A stretch of DNA of 64,000 nt from contig NC_043005.1 in the NCBI RefSeq assembly GCF_006345805.1, positions 94,426,001 to 94,490,000 of the forward strand. Reading direction: 5' to 3'. Each line of letters starts with the position of its first letter. The first letter of the stretch is position 1. The stretch comes from Octopus sinensis (taxonomy: Eukaryota). The notes under the pieces were generated by a model. It saw nothing but the letters and a program-made list of their open reading frames with translations, was not told where the DNA came from and did no database searches. Positions 61,265 to 64,000 of this stretch are shown piece by piece. Position numbers and translations under genes: made by a program.

Positions 61265-64000
61265 TCGACATGGACGGACGCTAGTCAAATGGGCTCCACG
61301 TAAGTTGGTCACTTTGTACGTTGAAAATTGTTTATTGTCAAATATTTTGTGTTTAAAAGTTGTGCAACAACATCCACTGCAAACCTTGATTAATATCTAC
61401 ACAAAATTTCGCCCTTTGTGGGCAAAATTAAAAAAAATTTCATAGCCTTCGTGGTTTCATTTAGCCATTTTATTTTCAAAAATGGCTACTGGTCACCACG
61501 AGGCTGAGATGCAAGTCAAGCGTGACGCCGAGACAAAAAAGCAGGATTCCCTGTCAGCATACGCTGAACCTGACAGTTTGAATGCTACTAACACCACCAC
61601 CACTACCACCACCACCACCATCAGCTTCGACAACTGCAACAACTACAAAACAAAGGTCGCAAGGCCAAGCACCGTCACCGCCACCAATGATTCCACCATC
61701 AACACCGACACCACCACCATAGCAGCTTCTGCTACGACAACTGCTTCCTCTGCTAACGATACCACTACCAACAACAACAAAACCAAGGTCGCAAGGCCAA
61801 TCCCTGTCACCGCAACCAATGATTCTACCATCAACACCGACACCCTCCTTGACAACGCTTCCGACGTTGAGTTCCCCATACTGCTTTCACCACAATTTCA
61901 TAAAGCAGGGGAAATGGGGGAAAACAACACGAACTCAAAAACTGGTAAACAACCCGACTTCACAGTTATCTACTACTACTACAAACGACTCTGCCACAAA
62001 CATCACCACCATCACCACCACCTCCACAAAAAAACAATTTCGCGGAAGCCATACGACCGAAAAGAAGAATCCTAAAATTTACTCACCAACAAATACAAGA
62101 CACAAAGTCCTTGCTCACCAAAGAAGGCGATACAATGCATTTAAATATTCCACGGAACATCATAGAAGAAACACAAAAGAAGACCATCATTTACAGAATA
62201 CTCAACACCAAAACAAAAAGACCAGAAAGCCTACCTAAAGAAAAAATTGAAAAGTGCATCTCTTCCGTGTGGAAATTCCGAAATTATGTGAATTGGGGAA
62301 GTAAATTTGCTACCGTGCAAGTTCGCTTCCATACGGAAGAACTAGCAAAAAGTTTTCAACCCTTACTCTGCGCACAGACCAGGTAATAATGGTACCTAGC
62401 TTCCTTGGGCGCAGAGTTACGAAAATTACAATAAACAAGGTGCCGCCAGTAGTGAATACCCAGTGGCTGGTATCGGCCATCTGAAGAAGCAAATATTTTA
62501 GAAGAAGCAAATATTTTAGAAATAGCTGACATTCCAGAGGAAAGCTGGACTGGTAAAAAACTCGAAATATTGCTTCAAATCTCCCAAGAAGCAATAAACA
62601 ATTTACCAGCCAGTGTTCAACTGGCAAAAGATAAAAATTGTATGTAGTGGTGGAGGGCAGGAGGCCAAGATGCTATTTATGCAACAGTGAGGCACACCTG
62701 AGATATGAATGCCCAACTGCTGTCAGAAATAGGCAACAGCAACAGCAACCACTCCCCAAACCTGGAAGGAAACCCCTGCTACCTACACCACCTTCAACTC
62801 AAAATACAGGAAAAACAGCGGACGATACAAAAACTGTTTCCCCCTCACCAACCACATGACCAAGAAGAGAATTACTCCGACATCGCAACTAACAAAGGAA
62901 ACAACATCACCACCAACATCAAAAGACAGACCAACACCAACACCAGCACCAAGAACAACAACCAAAAAACAAATAACAATGACGAAAAGACAAATTCTGC
63001 CCCTAATACCCCAACAACACAAACACCACACAAAACAACAACACCTTCTACAAACACACATATAGATACAAACGCTTTGCCTTTACCCCCTTCTGATTCG
63101 TCGGACTCGTCGTCCAACGACGAAAGTTCGACAGAATGGCAAATAGCCACAGGGAGTAAAAGGAAAATACCAAAAAAGCCCACCAAACAAGTAAGTAAAG
63201 CAGGGAGATATTTAACTCCGGACAGCATCCCCTTAAACAATAAAAAAAAATCAATGACCCCGAAAAACCACACACACAACTAACAGCAATAGACACGGAC
63301 AATAAAAAAACTAATGGATTACATTGCATCCAACACGAACATCTGCGAAGATGACTTTAAGACAAATAATCATCTGCGCACCACTCCACCGAAACACATA
63401 AGAATTGTACACATAACACAAACACAACACCATACACTGAAAACCATATTTCCAAATGCGGTAGGGGGGTTTCAAAAACACCTCTCAAAAAAACTATTCA
63501 AACACCTCCTCAAAGACACTACAAAAGATGAAGAAAAAACTGAAACTTTCGAAATGAGTAAGTCACCTTCCCTCTTGCCTCTTGTCTCTTCCAGTGTAGT
63601 GTGTGAAACACAAATTTCTTAAACGTCAATTATGCTTAAATTAGGTTGTGTGAATGCGTGTGGCTTGGCGTCGGCTTGGAAACAAGGTTACCTTCTAAAC
63701 GACATCAAGTCACTGAACGTGGATATAGTAGCTATCAGTGAAACCAGACTCAGCAAGCCACGGGCCCTCGCGTCCATGTTTGGCGATCAATTCGACATTT
63801 ATTTTTCTCCCTGTCTGCCGAACATGGGTGGTGGAGGTACCGCGGTGCTTTTTTGAAAGAGTCTAAATGTAAAAGTTAGAACAATATTCCTAAACCCGTA
63901 GGCTGGTTGTCTTGGACGTGGATGGCAGAAATGAGTGTGCATTCCGTCTGATGGCAGTTTATGCACCGTCCTTAACGGGTTGGGCGGATTTCTTTAGACG
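61265..64000 (+). mobile_element. Tx1-type LINE 5' half (degraded ORF1 with CCHC, start of ORF2 AP endonuclease)
   Basis: GSKFATVQVRFHTEELAKSF, YVVVEGRRPRCYLCNSEAHLRYEC. ORF2 at 63632 reads VNACGL..DIVAISET..GGTAVLF..AVYAP. Follows a short TATC run. Confidence 0.85.

Noticed and set aside
61482-62075. Thr/Asn-rich ORF as a mucin-like host gene
   Set aside because: It is the low-complexity N-terminus of the Tx1 ORF1, with an internal duplication (KTKVARP..TATNDSTINTDT twice), upstream of the RRM/CCHC relic.

Overview
Eukaryotic, AT-rich, microsatellite-dense non-genic DNA. The SINE families and simple repeats look cephalopod, probably Octopus (inference). I cannot support any conventional host gene. 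The window is a mosaic of transposable elements: Tx1/L1-type, RTE, CR1-type, R4/Dong-type and Penelope retroelements (the last with minimal hammerhead ribozymes), several tRNA-derived SINEs, hAT, pogo and maT DNA transposon relics, Helitrons, and a near-complete Crypton tyrosine-recombinase element. The main observation is at 1-5679: a head-to-tail array of about 1.97-kb elements that encode only an ORF1/Gag-like protein (RRM-like fold plus CCHC knuckle) and no reverse transcriptase. Each copy is separated by the same 15-bp sequence, which is a site in the head of a tRNA-derived SINE, and the outermost copy runs directly into that SINE head. These elements share a covarying 3'-terminal stem-loop, ORF1 motifs and 5'-UTR splice signals with a two-ORF Tx1 family that stacks in (TATC)n at 58.4-64 kb. 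This suggests a SINE-targeting, HeT-A-like non-autonomous retroelement mobilised in trans (hypothesis). Coordinates were read by eye; ends of degraded elements are approximate.
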